From: Myxococcota bacterium
GTDB lineage: Bacteria > Myxococcota > XYA12-FULL-58-9 > JALHOP01
Assembly (NCBI GenBank): GCA_041288095.1
Contig: JBGGMJ010000188.1
Span: 1 to 64,000 of the forward strand
Reading direction: 5' to 3'
Length of the DNA stretch: 64,000 bases
A model generated the notes under the pieces. It saw only the letters and a list, made by a program, of their open reading frames with translations, ran no database searches and was not told where the DNA came from. Of this stretch, positions 18,437 through 27,696 are shown piece after piece. Made by a program: the position numbers and the translations under genes. Within the stretch, counting starts at the first letter, position 1; the number at the start of each line of letters is the position of its first letter.

Positions 18437-19483
18437 ATGCTGTCACACCTCCTCGCCGTCTCGCTGCTTGCGGTCGCGTCCAGCGCTCCGAAAGCGGTTC
18501 CCCCCAAGTCCACTAAAGCGGTCAAAGCGACCCATGGCGACGGCAGCGTACCGTTGCACGCGGCCCCGGCATCGGCGCCCGTGTACTACGGCGCCGACCT
18601 CGACTTGCCGAGGCTCGGGACCGACCGCCGCGTCGTGCTCTCCGAGATGCGCCGGGTCGGCTTGCACATGCTGAACGGCGAAGGCGCCCATCTCGTCTTC
18701 GATGGCGGACCGCTCGGCTGGAAGGGTGTCGACAAGGCGACCTTCGGCTTCGAGGGCATGGCGCTCGACCAAGTCGACCTCGACTTCGCGGAGCCCGCCG
18801 ACGACGCCGCGGCACGCGACACGTTCCTGGCCTTGCGCCGGGCGCTGGCCGACCGCAACGGTCTGCCGTGGTTCGACCGCGTCCGCGATGGCGACGCAAA
18901 GGTCGATAAGGGCGTCGACGCCTTGGCTCTGCAGAGCCACCAGACGAGCTGGGTCACCAACGGCGTCAAAATGACGCTGTCGGCGAGCTACGGTAAGCAG
19001 CGCGGGGTCCGCGTCAGCGTCGTCCGTGACACGCACAGCGAAGCCGCCTCGGAGCTCACCAGCAACGCGACTGACGACGACCGCACGTGGGCGGCGCAGG
19101 ATCTCACCAACCTCGCGCTCGTGACCCGCCACGCCGCGGACTCGCTCTTCGACGACTTCGGCGAGCAGCCCGCGGTCATCCAAGCGGCGAAGGCGAAGGG
19201 CAAGCCCGTCACGGTGCGCCTGTCGTCCGTGAAGATCCCCAAGGAGATCGGCGGCATCAACGAGCAGGTGCTGAATCGCCGCTTCGAGGCGTTCGCCGAC
19301 GGCCATTGGGACGTCGACGCCGTCAAGCAGAACAAGCAGTCGGCGGACATCGAGCTCGAGGTCGACGTGGTGCCGCTCAGCAAGTCGCAGCCCAACGTCT
19401 TCGCCATGCGCCTCTCCGCCAAGGTGGCGAACGGCAAGCAGAAGGGCGAGACGCTGTACTCGGCAATCCAGGCTCTTCGCTAG
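18437..19483 (+). CDS. Secreted hypothetical protein
   Basis: Signal peptide (MLSHLLAVSLLAVA) and a long high-GC3 ORF. Confidence 0.7.
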   Translation: MLSHLLAVSLLAVASSAPKAVPPKSTKAVKATHGDGSVPLHAAPASAPVYYGADLDLPRLGTDRRVVLSEMRRVGLHMLNGEGAHLVFDGGPLGWKGVDKATFGFEGMALDQVDLDFAEPADDAAARDTFLALRRALADRNGLPWFDRVRDGDAKVDKGVDALALQSHQTSWVTNGVKMTLSASYGKQRGVRVSVVRDTHSEAASELTSNATDDDRTWAAQDLTNLALVTRHAADSLFDDFGEQPAVIQAAKAKGKPVTVRLSSVKIPKEIGGINEQVLNRRFEAFADGHWDVDAVKQNKQSADIELEVDVVPLSKSQPNVFAMRLSAKVANGKQKGETLYSAIQALR

Positions 19484-19493
19484 CAGCCGAGCT

Positions 19494-19832
19494 TCAGTCC
19501 GCCGCGGCGTCCTGGGGAAGCCGGATCTTCGGCTTCTCCGGATGTTGCCGATACAAGATGACCGTGTGGCCGATGAGCCCCGCGAGATGCGCGCCCGTTT
19601 TCTGGGTGAGCTCTTCGGCCGCCGCCTTCTTGTTCTCCGGCCGTTGCAAGCGGACCTTGATGAGCTCGTGGTCGAGCAGCGCCTGGTTTACCGCGGCGAT
19701 CAGCGCGTCACTGATGCCGGACTGGCCGACCTGAACGACCGGCCGCAGCTGGTGCGCCAAGCTCTTCAGGTATTGTCGTTGCGCCGAGGTCAGCGTGCGA
19801 CCGACCTCGAGGTCTTCATCCTCGTCGCTCAT
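19494..19832 (-). CDS. yhbY: YhbY/CRM-domain RNA-binding protein
   Basis: LTSAQRQYLKSLAHQLRPVVQVGQSG, HELIKVR and IGHTVILYR motifs. Confidence 0.93.
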   Translation of the reverse strand: MSDEDEDLEVGRTLTSAQRQYLKSLAHQLRPVVQVGQSGISDALIAAVNQALLDHELIKVRLQRPENKKAAAEELTQKTGAHLAGLIGHTVILYRQHPEKPKIRLPQDAAAD

Positions 19833-19870
19833 CGGGTCGCTCTATATACCGAGACGGCGACCTGCTGATA

Positions 19871-20386
19871 GTGCAGCGCGTGATGCTCCTGAAGGCTCCG
19901 TGGCCCGCTGCCGAGTGCAGCCACTTCGTCGACACGTTCTTCTACGGACCCGGCGCGTTTCTGGTCGATGAGGTCACCTTCGCGGACCCGGCCGACGGCG
20001 TCATGCAGGCACGCGTCGATACCACCCGACACATGCATTACACGTCCGAGCAGCGCGGGGACCCGACGCTCCATCCCCGCCATGTGAACGGTGGCGACTT
20101 GCTCACCATCACGGGCAACCTCGGCTGCTTGCACGCCTACTTCTTCCACGGGTGTCGCTGGGACGAGGGCTGGGTCGGGTTCGGCGCCAAGATCTATCGC
20201 GCCGACTTCAAGAACCTGGCGCTACTCGGCCCGCCGCTCCTCTGCCGCTCGGTGGAGATGCAGAAGAAGCGCCTCTCCGACCGCCTGATCGTGCGCTTCG
20301 ATTTCGAATTCACGCAGGGCGACAAGCTGATCTACACCAGCGAGCAGAGCGCCATCTTCACCAAGGACTTCGTCATTCCGACATGA
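19871..20386 (+). CDS. Hot-dog fold (FabA/FabZ-like) protein
   Basis: FLVDEV followed by H.G..L.. helix and ADFK strand pattern; stop overlaps the next start. Confidence 0.55.
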   Translation: MQRVMLLKAPWPAAECSHFVDTFFYGPGAFLVDEVTFADPADGVMQARVDTTRHMHYTSEQRGDPTLHPRHVNGGDLLTITGNLGCLHAYFFHGCRWDEGWVGFGAKIYRADFKNLALLGPPLLCRSVEMQKKRLSDRLIVRFDFEFTQGDKLIYTSEQSAIFTKDFVIPT

Positions 20387-21063
20387 AGATCCTGGTCACC
20401 GGTGGCAGCGGCTTCATCGGCAGAGCGGTGTGCGCTCTAGCGGTCGAGCGCGGTCTCACGGTGACCAGCCTGTCGCGGCACGGACCTTCCCTGCCCACGC
20501 ACACGCCGGTGCTCGCGAAGGTCAGCTGGTTGCGCGGCAGCGTCTTCGACGAGCAAGGCCTCGATGCCGCCCTCCAAGGGGTCGAGGCAGTGGTCCACTG
20601 CGTCGGCATTGGCCGGGAGCGGCCGAGTAAGGACGAGTCGTTCAAGCGGGTGAACGGTGACTCCGCTATCGTGGTCGGCGAGGCCGCCAAGAGAGCCGGA
20701 GTGCGTGCCTTCGTTTTCTTGTCCGCCGGCGAGAAGCCGCCTTGGGCGCATGAGGAGTATCTGAGCTCGAAGCGCCGTGCCGAAGTGGCCATCGCCAAGA
20801 TCTGTGAGCGCTTGGTGGTTCTGCGGCCGGGGCTGGTCTACGGGCCGGAGAAGCGGCTCGCGACCTTCGCCGCTGGTCTCTTGCGCGCCGTCGCGACGGT
20901 GCGGACACCGGGCCCCCGGCTCGAAGCCAACACGCCGGTCTCGGCCGCGACCGTCGCGAGAGCGGTCATGCGCGCGGTGCTCGACCCAAACGCGCGCGGC
21001 GTGGTCGAGCCAGCGCGCATCGCGGGCTTCGCCGAGGTTGCTCTGGCCGTGACGAGCCTTTGA
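20383..21063 (+). CDS. NAD-dependent epimerase / atypical SDR
   Basis: MKILVTGGSGFIG, YLSSKRRAE and LRPGLVYG motifs. Confidence 0.88.
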   Translation: MKILVTGGSGFIGRAVCALAVERGLTVTSLSRHGPSLPTHTPVLAKVSWLRGSVFDEQGLDAALQGVEAVVHCVGIGRERPSKDESFKRVNGDSAIVVGEAAKRAGVRAFVFLSAGEKPPWAHEEYLSSKRRAEVAIAKICERLVVLRPGLVYGPEKRLATFAAGLLRAVATVRTPGPRLEANTPVSAATVARAVMRAVLDPNARGVVEPARIAGFAEVALAVTSL

Positions 21064-21118
21064 GCCGTTTCGGCCGCGCGCTGTGCCTGGCTGTCACCGA
21101 CGCTCCGCCCTGCTTCGC

Positions 21119-21145
21119 GCATCCGGGGCTCACGGTGGTCGATAA
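21119..21145 (+). promoter_or_regulatory. sigma28-like motif
   Basis: GCAT-N15-GTCGATAA, followed by an AAGGAG RBS and ATG 21174. Confidence 0.6.
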
Positions 21146-21173
21146 CCGACTGCACGAACAAGGAGACTTTGGG

Positions 21174-21707
21174 ATGCGTGTTGTAGAAATCAAAGGCGGT
21201 ACCGACCTCAACGCCCTCAAGTGGGCGCTCGCGAATCAGCGCCCCGACCTCGGGTTCAAGCGGAACGAGTTCGCCATCGTGCAGAACTCAAAGGTCTACT
21301 TGGTTCGCGGCGAGGGAGCATCGAAGCTCGAGTCCGGAACCGTGCTCAAGAGCAATGAGCGAACGCTGGACTGCTACGTGAACGAACGCGGCCGCGGTGG
21401 CAGCCTCCTGGGCCAGATGTCACTGTACCTGGGCGGGCTTTTCGGCGGCATGGCGGGCATCGCGTATCCCGCCAAACTGTTGCTTACGGGCGCCGTGGCG
21501 AACGGGGACCTCTTTATCGCCGGCCTCGCGTTGATTGGCGGCGCCGTCGCGGCTTTCCATGCCATTCGATCCATCGTGCCAAACCAGCCGGACGTGAGCG
21601 GAAGCATCATCGCGAACGCCATCGCCCCCAGCGACCTCGTCTATGAGGACTTCAAGGTCGTTCCCCGCGGCGAGAAGCAGCCAGCGCAGGTTGCCACCGC
21701 GGCCTAG
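21174..21707 (+). CDS. Hypothetical protein with a Gly-rich hydrophobic hairpin
   Basis: Good RBS, no signal peptide, two adjacent hydrophobic segments in the C-terminal half. Confidence 0.7.
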   Translation: MRVVEIKGGTDLNALKWALANQRPDLGFKRNEFAIVQNSKVYLVRGEGASKLESGTVLKSNERTLDCYVNERGRGGSLLGQMSLYLGGLFGGMAGIAYPAKLLLTGAVANGDLFIAGLALIGGAVAAFHAIRSIVPNQPDVSGSIIANAIAPSDLVYEDFKVVPRGEKQPAQVATAA

Positions 21708-21737
21708 TGCCCCTGCTGCGGTGACAGGGTGCGCGGC

Positions 21738-21764
21738 GCAACCGCTGCCACGTCGCCGCGATAC
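21738..21764 (+). promoter_or_regulatory. sigma28-like motif
   Basis: GCAA-N15-CGCGATAC upstream of the M1 peptidase. Confidence 0.65.
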
Positions 21765-21827
21765 CCCCCTCCGCGCGCAGCTCCGCTATCCCGGGGCTCG
21801 TCGAGGGGCGGTTCGATGCCTGAGGCC

Positions 21828-23831
21828 ATGGCAGTCTCGCCGGTGCGGCATCAAGGTACGTCTCCGCAGATCGTGGACGCGACCGATTCTCCGCGATTGG
21901 CGACAGCGGGCGTCACCACCGACGCGACGGTGCCGCCGCGGCGGTTGACGCAAGGTCTCTCGCGCCCGCCACTTGCCGCTGCCCCGTCCCCGCCCGGTAG
22001 TGAGCCGCCCACGTTACTGGGCGCGCTGCACGTGGCGCTACGCAACGTCAGCTCGGCCAGCGGGCGCGTGCGTGACGCCGACTTCGACGCGCTCACGCAG
22101 CGCGTCGCCGCCATCGATGCCCTGAACGACCCACAGCTCGCGGCGGCCGGTCGCACCATCGTCGGCCGTCTCGCTGACCGCAGAGTCGATGCGGTCGACG
22201 TCGATGATTTCCTGGTGGCGATAGCGACCATCAAAGCACGTGAGCCGCGCGGGCCGAGCATTCCGGCGCTGCGCAACCTGCTGGCGCAAGTCGCGTTAGC
22301 CGCCGTCAACGTCAGCCCCACCCACCTGGATTTCGAGCTCGACATGCGGGCCGTCCGCGACAGCGGCGTCTCGGACTTTCCCGCCGTGAGTCGCATCACC
22401 CTTCCCCCCGGTGAGCATGCGCAGCCCCTGCGCCTCGCGGTGGCTGACCGCCTGAGCGTGCGTGAGGTGCTGGCCGACGGCGAGCGCGCGCGGTTTCGCG
22501 TGAGCCGCGGCCGTCTCGAGGTCGAGGCCCCGCGGGCGCGGACCCTCGAAGTACGCCACACTGTGCGCGCCCATTTCATCGACACCGATGAGGACTTCGC
22601 GACCGCCAGCGGACTCATCGTCGACCGGCGCGATCCGGCGAACATCCACATCACCTCGCTCACCTGGCCCTACAACGCCGATCAGCTCTTCCCGGCGAAC
22701 CCGGATCCGCCGGCGGTGATGCACGCCGCCGCGCGCCTGCTGGTGCCCGACGACTTCACGACCGTCGGAGCCGAGGTGACGACTCCCGTCCCTGCGTACA
22801 GCGTCGCCGTGCGCGCCTCGAACAACCTCAAGGTCATCGAGGGTCCGACCACCGCCGGGGGCGTCAAGCTCAATTTCCATGTATACCGCGATGGCGGACT
22901 GCGCCCGGACGGGGACTTCACCGCCGCGTTGCGCGATATCGGCCGGGGGCTCGACGCGGTGGCGGCGATCTTGGGCACGCCCTACCCGGACGGCGTCATC
23001 AACTTCGTGCAGACACCGAACCCCTTCGGTGGCATGGAGCACCAGGGCATGCCGGCGATCAACGACTCCGCTATCGAAGACAATAGTCGCGTGCCGGACA
23101 TCGTGAAGGTGCCTCTGCACGAGGCGGTGCACGGCTACTTCGGCAACGGCCGTGCGATCGACGGCTGGGCGAACTTCACCATGAGCGAAGGATTGACGCA
23201 GTACCTGACCTACCGCGGCGTCGAGGCGAGCCTCGGGGTCGCGAGCAGCGCGGAAGCGTGGCAGCGCTCGCGTGAAGTCCTCGCCCGCACGCTCGCCGGC
23301 AAGAAGCAGCCGCTCGTCGGCGCGGCCGAGGGCGATGTCTACGATTCATTGAACGCGGTGCCCTACGAGCTCGGTGCCTGGATCTTGCGCATGGCCGAAG
23401 AGCGCGTTGGCCGCGAGCAGCTGGACGCCGTCCTCGGCGAGCTGGCGCGGGCGAAGCCCGAACGCCCTCTCTCGGTCGAGGAATGGGTCCGCTACCTCAC
23501 CCTGCGCACCGGGGTCGACTTCGCGCCGGTCTACGCCGGCTGGGGAAACATTGGCGGCGTCCCGCAATACGACGTCGACGTGCGGCGCGACGCAACGCGA
23601 GTCGAGCTGCTCGTGCGACGCCTCGGAGTGCGTCTGCCCAGTGGCACGAAGGTCCCGGTCGTCGTGAGCGGCCAGAACGGCGAGCGCGCGACGGTTCGCG
23701 TGAGTCTCAGCGACGGCGAGTCGATCGACGGCGGTTTGCGTCAGAGCTTCGACGTTGGTTTTCCCGTCGCCGGGGTCGCGATCGACCCCGAGCACAGCGT
23801 ATTGGCGATTGTTCGCAGTCGCGAGCCCTAG
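21828..23831 (+). CDS. M1 family aminopeptidase with a disordered N-terminal extension
   Basis: GGMEH exopeptidase motif, HEAVH-x18-E zinc motif and PYELG. Start is at 21816 or 21828. Confidence 0.85.
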   Translation: MAVSPVRHQGTSPQIVDATDSPRLATAGVTTDATVPPRRLTQGLSRPPLAAAPSPPGSEPPTLLGALHVALRNVSSASGRVRDADFDALTQRVAAIDALNDPQLAAAGRTIVGRLADRRVDAVDVDDFLVAIATIKAREPRGPSIPALRNLLAQVALAAVNVSPTHLDFELDMRAVRDSGVSDFPAVSRITLPPGEHAQPLRLAVADRLSVREVLADGERARFRVSRGRLEVEAPRARTLEVRHTVRAHFIDTDEDFATASGLIVDRRDPANIHITSLTWPYNADQLFPANPDPPAVMHAAARLLVPDDFTTVGAEVTTPVPAYSVAVRASNNLKVIEGPTTAGGVKLNFHVYRDGGLRPDGDFTAALRDIGRGLDAVAAILGTPYPDGVINFVQTPNPFGGMEHQGMPAINDSAIEDNSRVPDIVKVPLHEAVHGYFGNGRAIDGWANFTMSEGLTQYLTYRGVEASLGVASSAEAWQRSREVLARTLAGKKQPLVGAAEGDVYDSLNAVPYELGAWILRMAEERVGREQLDAVLGELARAKPERPLSVEEWVRYLTLRTGVDFAPVYAGWGNIGGVPQYDVDVRRDATRVELLVRRLGVRLPSGTKVPVVVSGQNGERATVRVSLSDGESIDGGLRQSFDVGFPVAGVAIDPEHSVLAIVRSREP

Positions 23832-23860
23832 TCCCGGGTGCCGACGTGACGACGCGCCAG

Positions 23861-23887
23861 GCAACGCTCGGACCTAGCCTCCGATAA
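23861..23887 (+). promoter_or_regulatory. sigma28-like motif
   Basis: GCAA-N15-TCCGATAA, ending 9 nt before ATG 23897. Confidence 0.7.
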
Positions 23888-23896
23888 CGCCGCGCC

Positions 23897-25960
23897 ATGA
23901 CCATTCTTGCCGCCACCGAGATCTCTGGGCCCCGATCCGTTCTACCAGTCCCTCCGGGCGAGGCTCTGCCCGCGCGGACCGCCGTGGATGCGGCTAGCGA
24001 CCGCGACAGCCGCGTCAGGGCCATCGACCCCAAGATCCTTGGTGCGACTCCGGGCTCGGGTACGCATCCGCGGCTCGGGCTGGCCCCGGCCTCGCGCATC
24101 TCGGCACCTACGACTGCGATCGATGAGCAACGTGATTTTGCCGCTCAATCGCGCATGGTCTACATGCGCGAGCAGGGCGGTCAGAAGCACATCTTCTTGA
24201 CCCGCGGCGACGGCACCGAGCCTGTTCAGCTTACCCAAGGCAACGCCTGGCACTTGTACCCGGACATCAGCCCGGACGGGCGCTGGGTAACCTACGCTCA
24301 GGGCAGTGGCCAGAACGACTTGTCGATCGTCCTGCGCGATCTCGAGACCGGCGCGACCCGCACGCTGAGCACGACGGCCGGCATGAACCTGCACCCTCGG
24401 TTCGCCAAAGACGGCAGGTCACTCGCCTATAGCGGACCGCTGGGTCCGGACGGCCGGCACCAGATCGGCATCGTGCGGCTCGATGCGCTGCGCGATGGTC
24501 AGGCGCCGGAGACGCGCGTCATCGCGAGCGACAAGCCGTGTTACTTCCCGTCCTTGAGCTCGGACGGCAGCACCGTGGTGTTCCAGCGCGACGTTTCGCC
24601 CACGCAGCGGGAGCTCGTCATGCGAGATCTCGCATCCGGCGAAGAGCGCGTCATCCAGACGCCGGGACCCATCAGCATGGCTCCAACATGGTCGGCCGAT
24701 GGCGGCTGGGTCGCATACACCTGCAAGGTCGACGGCGACTGGGAGATCTACGTCACCGACGTTCGCACCAACGAAACGGCGCGCATCACCCGCCAAGCCG
24801 CCGCGGACTTCGCTCCGCACTTCCGTGCCGACAACACTCTGTTGTTCGCCTCGAACCTCGGGGGCAACTTCCGCATCTACCAGACACACGTGGGCTCGCT
24901 CGGTCAGGGACAGTTTCCCATTCGCCCGCTGGTCGTGGGTGAGGGCGATGACTACGCGCCGCGCACGTCGGGGCTCGTGAACATCGAGCAGAGACAACTC
25001 GCGGGGATCTCCGAGCCAGCGCGCTCGTCATTCGGTGCCGCGCGCGTCGGCGATCGCGTCTACATCGCGGGTGGCCACCAGGGGCACGAGCATACGTATC
25101 CGCCCGAGTCCTTCATGGCTCGCCTGGAGTATTACGATCTCGCAACGCAGAGCTGGGGCCGGGCCACACCTCGCCCGGTGGCGGCGCACGGGTACGGACT
25201 GGCCGCCAACGATCGCTATCTCTACGCCTTCGGCGGCTTCACGTACTCGCCCGACCACAACCCCAGGTGGAAGTCGCTCGACGGCATCGACCGCTACGAC
25301 ACGGTTACCGGCCAGTGGGAGACCGTCGCCAGACTGTCGACGCCGCGCTCCTCGAACGCCGTGGTGCGGGTAGGAAACAAGGTCTATCTGCTGGGCGGTT
25401 GGGACAGCACGCCGCGGAGAAATGGCGATTTCGAGGGGCGCTTTCACGAAGACATCGAGGTCTTCGACCTCGAGACGCAGACCGTCTCCAAGGCGCCTTT
25501 TTCGCTGCCCCGTCCGTTACGACGCGCTTTCACGGCCTTCGAGAAGGACGGCAAGATCATCATGGTGGGCGGCCTCGGTGTCGGCTCCACCCACTTCGAG
25601 CTCCTCGACAACGTCACCGAGCTCGACCCGACGACGGGCACGTCACGCGAGCTACCGCGACTGCCGTTTGCGACCTTCGCTCCGGCAGCCGGCATGATCG
25701 GCGACACCGCCTATGTCTTTGGCGGCATGTTCAAGACCGGGACCCAGAGCTACGAGTACGTCAATCACGTCTTCCAGCACCGCCTGGGCACCTCGAGGTG
25801 GTCGCACACCGGCCGCTACCTGAGCGAGTCCAAAGGCTTCGCCCAGGTCGTGCCGCTCGACAACCGGACGATCGGCATCCTCGGCGGTCACACCTACCGC
25901 GGAAACACTGATACGCCGGTGCCGACGTTCGAGACGTTTGGGGCTTCGTCCGCACGATAA
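23897..25960 (+). CDS. PD40/TolB-like beta-propeller plus Kelch-repeat protein with a disordered leader
   Basis: P.xSPDG-type repeats followed by Kelch repeats (VYIAGG, LYAFGG, VYLLGG, MVGG, YVFGG, ILGG; YD...W). Confidence 0.85.
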   Translation: MTILAATEISGPRSVLPVPPGEALPARTAVDAASDRDSRVRAIDPKILGATPGSGTHPRLGLAPASRISAPTTAIDEQRDFAAQSRMVYMREQGGQKHIFLTRGDGTEPVQLTQGNAWHLYPDISPDGRWVTYAQGSGQNDLSIVLRDLETGATRTLSTTAGMNLHPRFAKDGRSLAYSGPLGPDGRHQIGIVRLDALRDGQAPETRVIASDKPCYFPSLSSDGSTVVFQRDVSPTQRELVMRDLASGEERVIQTPGPISMAPTWSADGGWVAYTCKVDGDWEIYVTDVRTNETARITRQAAADFAPHFRADNTLLFASNLGGNFRIYQTHVGSLGQGQFPIRPLVVGEGDDYAPRTSGLVNIEQRQLAGISEPARSSFGAARVGDRVYIAGGHQGHEHTYPPESFMARLEYYDLATQSWGRATPRPVAAHGYGLAANDRYLYAFGGFTYSPDHNPRWKSLDGIDRYDTVTGQWETVARLSTPRSSNAVVRVGNKVYLLGGWDSTPRRNGDFEGRFHEDIEVFDLETQTVSKAPFSLPRPLRRAFTAFEKDGKIIMVGGLGVGSTHFELLDNVTELDPTTGTSRELPRLPFATFAPAAGMIGDTAYVFGGMFKTGTQSYEYVNHVFQHRLGTSRWSHTGRYLSESKGFAQVVPLDNRTIGILGGHTYRGNTDTPVPTFETFGASSAR

Positions 25961-26742
25961 GAGCCGTCGGAATTGGCCCAGGCGCAAGTCGCCGCGACGC
26001 AATCGCAGACACCGGCGGTGCACTTTACCGGACACCTCTCCTGCATGGCGGGATAGGTGCACGCCCCGGTTTGGATATCGCACGCGCCAGGGGTCGCATA
26101 CGTGCGGACTGTGACCGCGTCGGAACAGGTTGGCGGCGGGGGCGAGGAGCACTGGCGCTGTGTGCCAACGCAAACACCGTCGTCATCGCAGATATCGTCG
26201 TCCGTGCAGGCGTTGTCGTCGTCGCATGAGGAGCCGATGAGCAAGGTGACTTGCGCGCAGGTACCAGTCGCTGGGTCACACGTCGCCGTGTGGCACGCAT
26301 CGACCGCCGCGCAGACGATGTTCGTGCCCTCACACCTGCCGCTGACACAGGTGTCGGTCTGGGTGCACAAGTCGTTGTCATTGCACGGCGCGGAGTTTGG
26401 GGCGCGCTGACACGAGCCGTTCACACAGTCGGCCGTGATGCATGCGTCGAAGCCCGCGCACTCGTCCTTCGAGGTGCACGAGCAGCTGCTGGCGTTGCAG
26501 ACGCATACGCCGTCGATGCAGGCCTCGAAGGTCTGGCAGGGAAACAGCGACGACGCGTACATGCAGGCGCCGCTCGCGGGGTCACAGGTGCCGATGGTTT
26601 CGTAGGTGCGAACGGCCTGACCGTCACACGCCACGGCCGGCGGGTCGTCGCATTGCGCGCCAGTGTCACGACACGGGTCGGCCCGCGGAAAGCTCAGGCA
26701 CGCCGGGAGCATCAGGAGAGTGACTGCACCGGCGCAGCGCAT
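25894..26742 (-). CDS. Cys-rich repeat lipoprotein (myxobacterial type), possibly truncated
   Basis: Lipobox LPA-C; CxDxxxCTxDxC and CDPATGxC repeats; 3' end overlaps the convergent gene by 67 nt. Confidence 0.7.
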   Translation of the reverse strand: MRCAGAVTLLMLPACLSFPRADPCRDTGAQCDDPPAVACDGQAVRTYETIGTCDPASGACMYASSLFPCQTFEACIDGVCVCNASSCSCTSKDECAGFDACITADCVNGSCQRAPNSAPCNDNDLCTQTDTCVSGRCEGTNIVCAAVDACHTATCDPATGTCAQVTLLIGSSCDDDNACTDDDICDDDGVCVGTQRQCSSPPPPTCSDAVTVRTYATPGACDIQTGACTYPAMQERCPVKCTAGVCDCVAATCAWANSDGSYRADEAPNVSNVGTGVSVFPR

Positions 26743-26762
26743 GCACGGGAGTATAACCGCTT

Positions 26763-27602
26763 CTACAGCGCGGGCCCGCGGTACTGCTCCTTCTCGAGCT
26801 CGTTGAACGCGTCCAGCAGGTTCTTCGGCCCAACGCGCTCCGCGAGACGCTCGAGGTCGATCTTGATGCCCTTGCCCGGCACGTATTGGCTCGCGAACGT
26901 TCCCATCTTCGATGTGTCGACGCCGCCGTCGGTCAGCGTCTCGAGCACGTAGTTACCGAAGAGAAAAGCTTCGTACTCCTGGTTGAGAGTCAGGAAGTCG
27001 CAGAAGGACACGGGGATCGCCTCGTCGAAGATCCGCCTTTGAGCGACAAAGCCACTTCGCCACGCTTCTCTCATTGCCGCCGAGCTGCCCTCGTTCACTG
27101 CAAAGGCCACCTGAAATTGGTACGCGTGGCGCGTCTCATGAACGAGCAAGAGCAGCGCGTCGTATGGGTTCGCGCTTGCGAGCAGCTTCGCGGGATTCAG
27201 GATGACGCGTCCTGGTCCGCCTTTCTTCGGATCGAACTCGAAGAACGCGGAGCGCGCGGCGGAGTCATCGAGGACCAGGTCTGGCGCGGCGCGGCCCGAC
27301 GCGAGCACCTCGAGCTGGAAGACGCGCTTCATGACGCTCAGCCGTTCGGGAGCGCTGAGCTTGGGGAATTCCGCGACTGCTTTCTGCAAGGCGCGATCAC
27401 CGCGAATCAAAGCAACGAGCCGGTCTCCGTCCGCGAAGGTCCTTCGCGACGACTGCTTCACGAACGCGAGTGATTCCTCCTGGAGAGCGAACGCTCCGGG
27501 GAATCGGCGCTGCGTCGCCGCGTTTGCAAAGAATTTTGGGTCGAGGGGCTCCGGCCCCGCGTTGGCGATACGGGGCAACACTCCAAGCGCACTTACACTC
27601 AC
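26763..27602 (-). CDS. Hypothetical HExxH (zincin-like) protein
   Basis: LVHETRHAYQ followed by a downstream EYEA motif. Confidence 0.65.
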   Translation of the reverse strand: MSVSALGVLPRIANAGPEPLDPKFFANAATQRRFPGAFALQEESLAFVKQSSRRTFADGDRLVALIRGDRALQKAVAEFPKLSAPERLSVMKRVFQLEVLASGRAAPDLVLDDSAARSAFFEFDPKKGGPGRVILNPAKLLASANPYDALLLLVHETRHAYQFQVAFAVNEGSSAAMREAWRSGFVAQRRIFDEAIPVSFCDFLTLNQEYEAFLFGNYVLETLTDGGVDTSKMGTFASQYVPGKGIKIDLERLAERVGPKNLLDAFNELEKEQYRGPAL

Positions 27603-27625
27603 GACGTTCTCCGGCGAAGAGCCCC

Positions 27626-27652
27626 TTATCGCGCATGTGCTCGCGCGGTTGC
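27626..27652 (-). promoter_or_regulatory. sigma28-like motif
   Basis: Minus-strand GCAA-N15-CGCGATAA, 23 nt upstream of the start at 27602. Confidence 0.65.
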
Positions 27653-27696
27653 GTGGGAGAGGAGCTCGCCAGGGGCCGAGCGGGGCGTGCCGGTCC

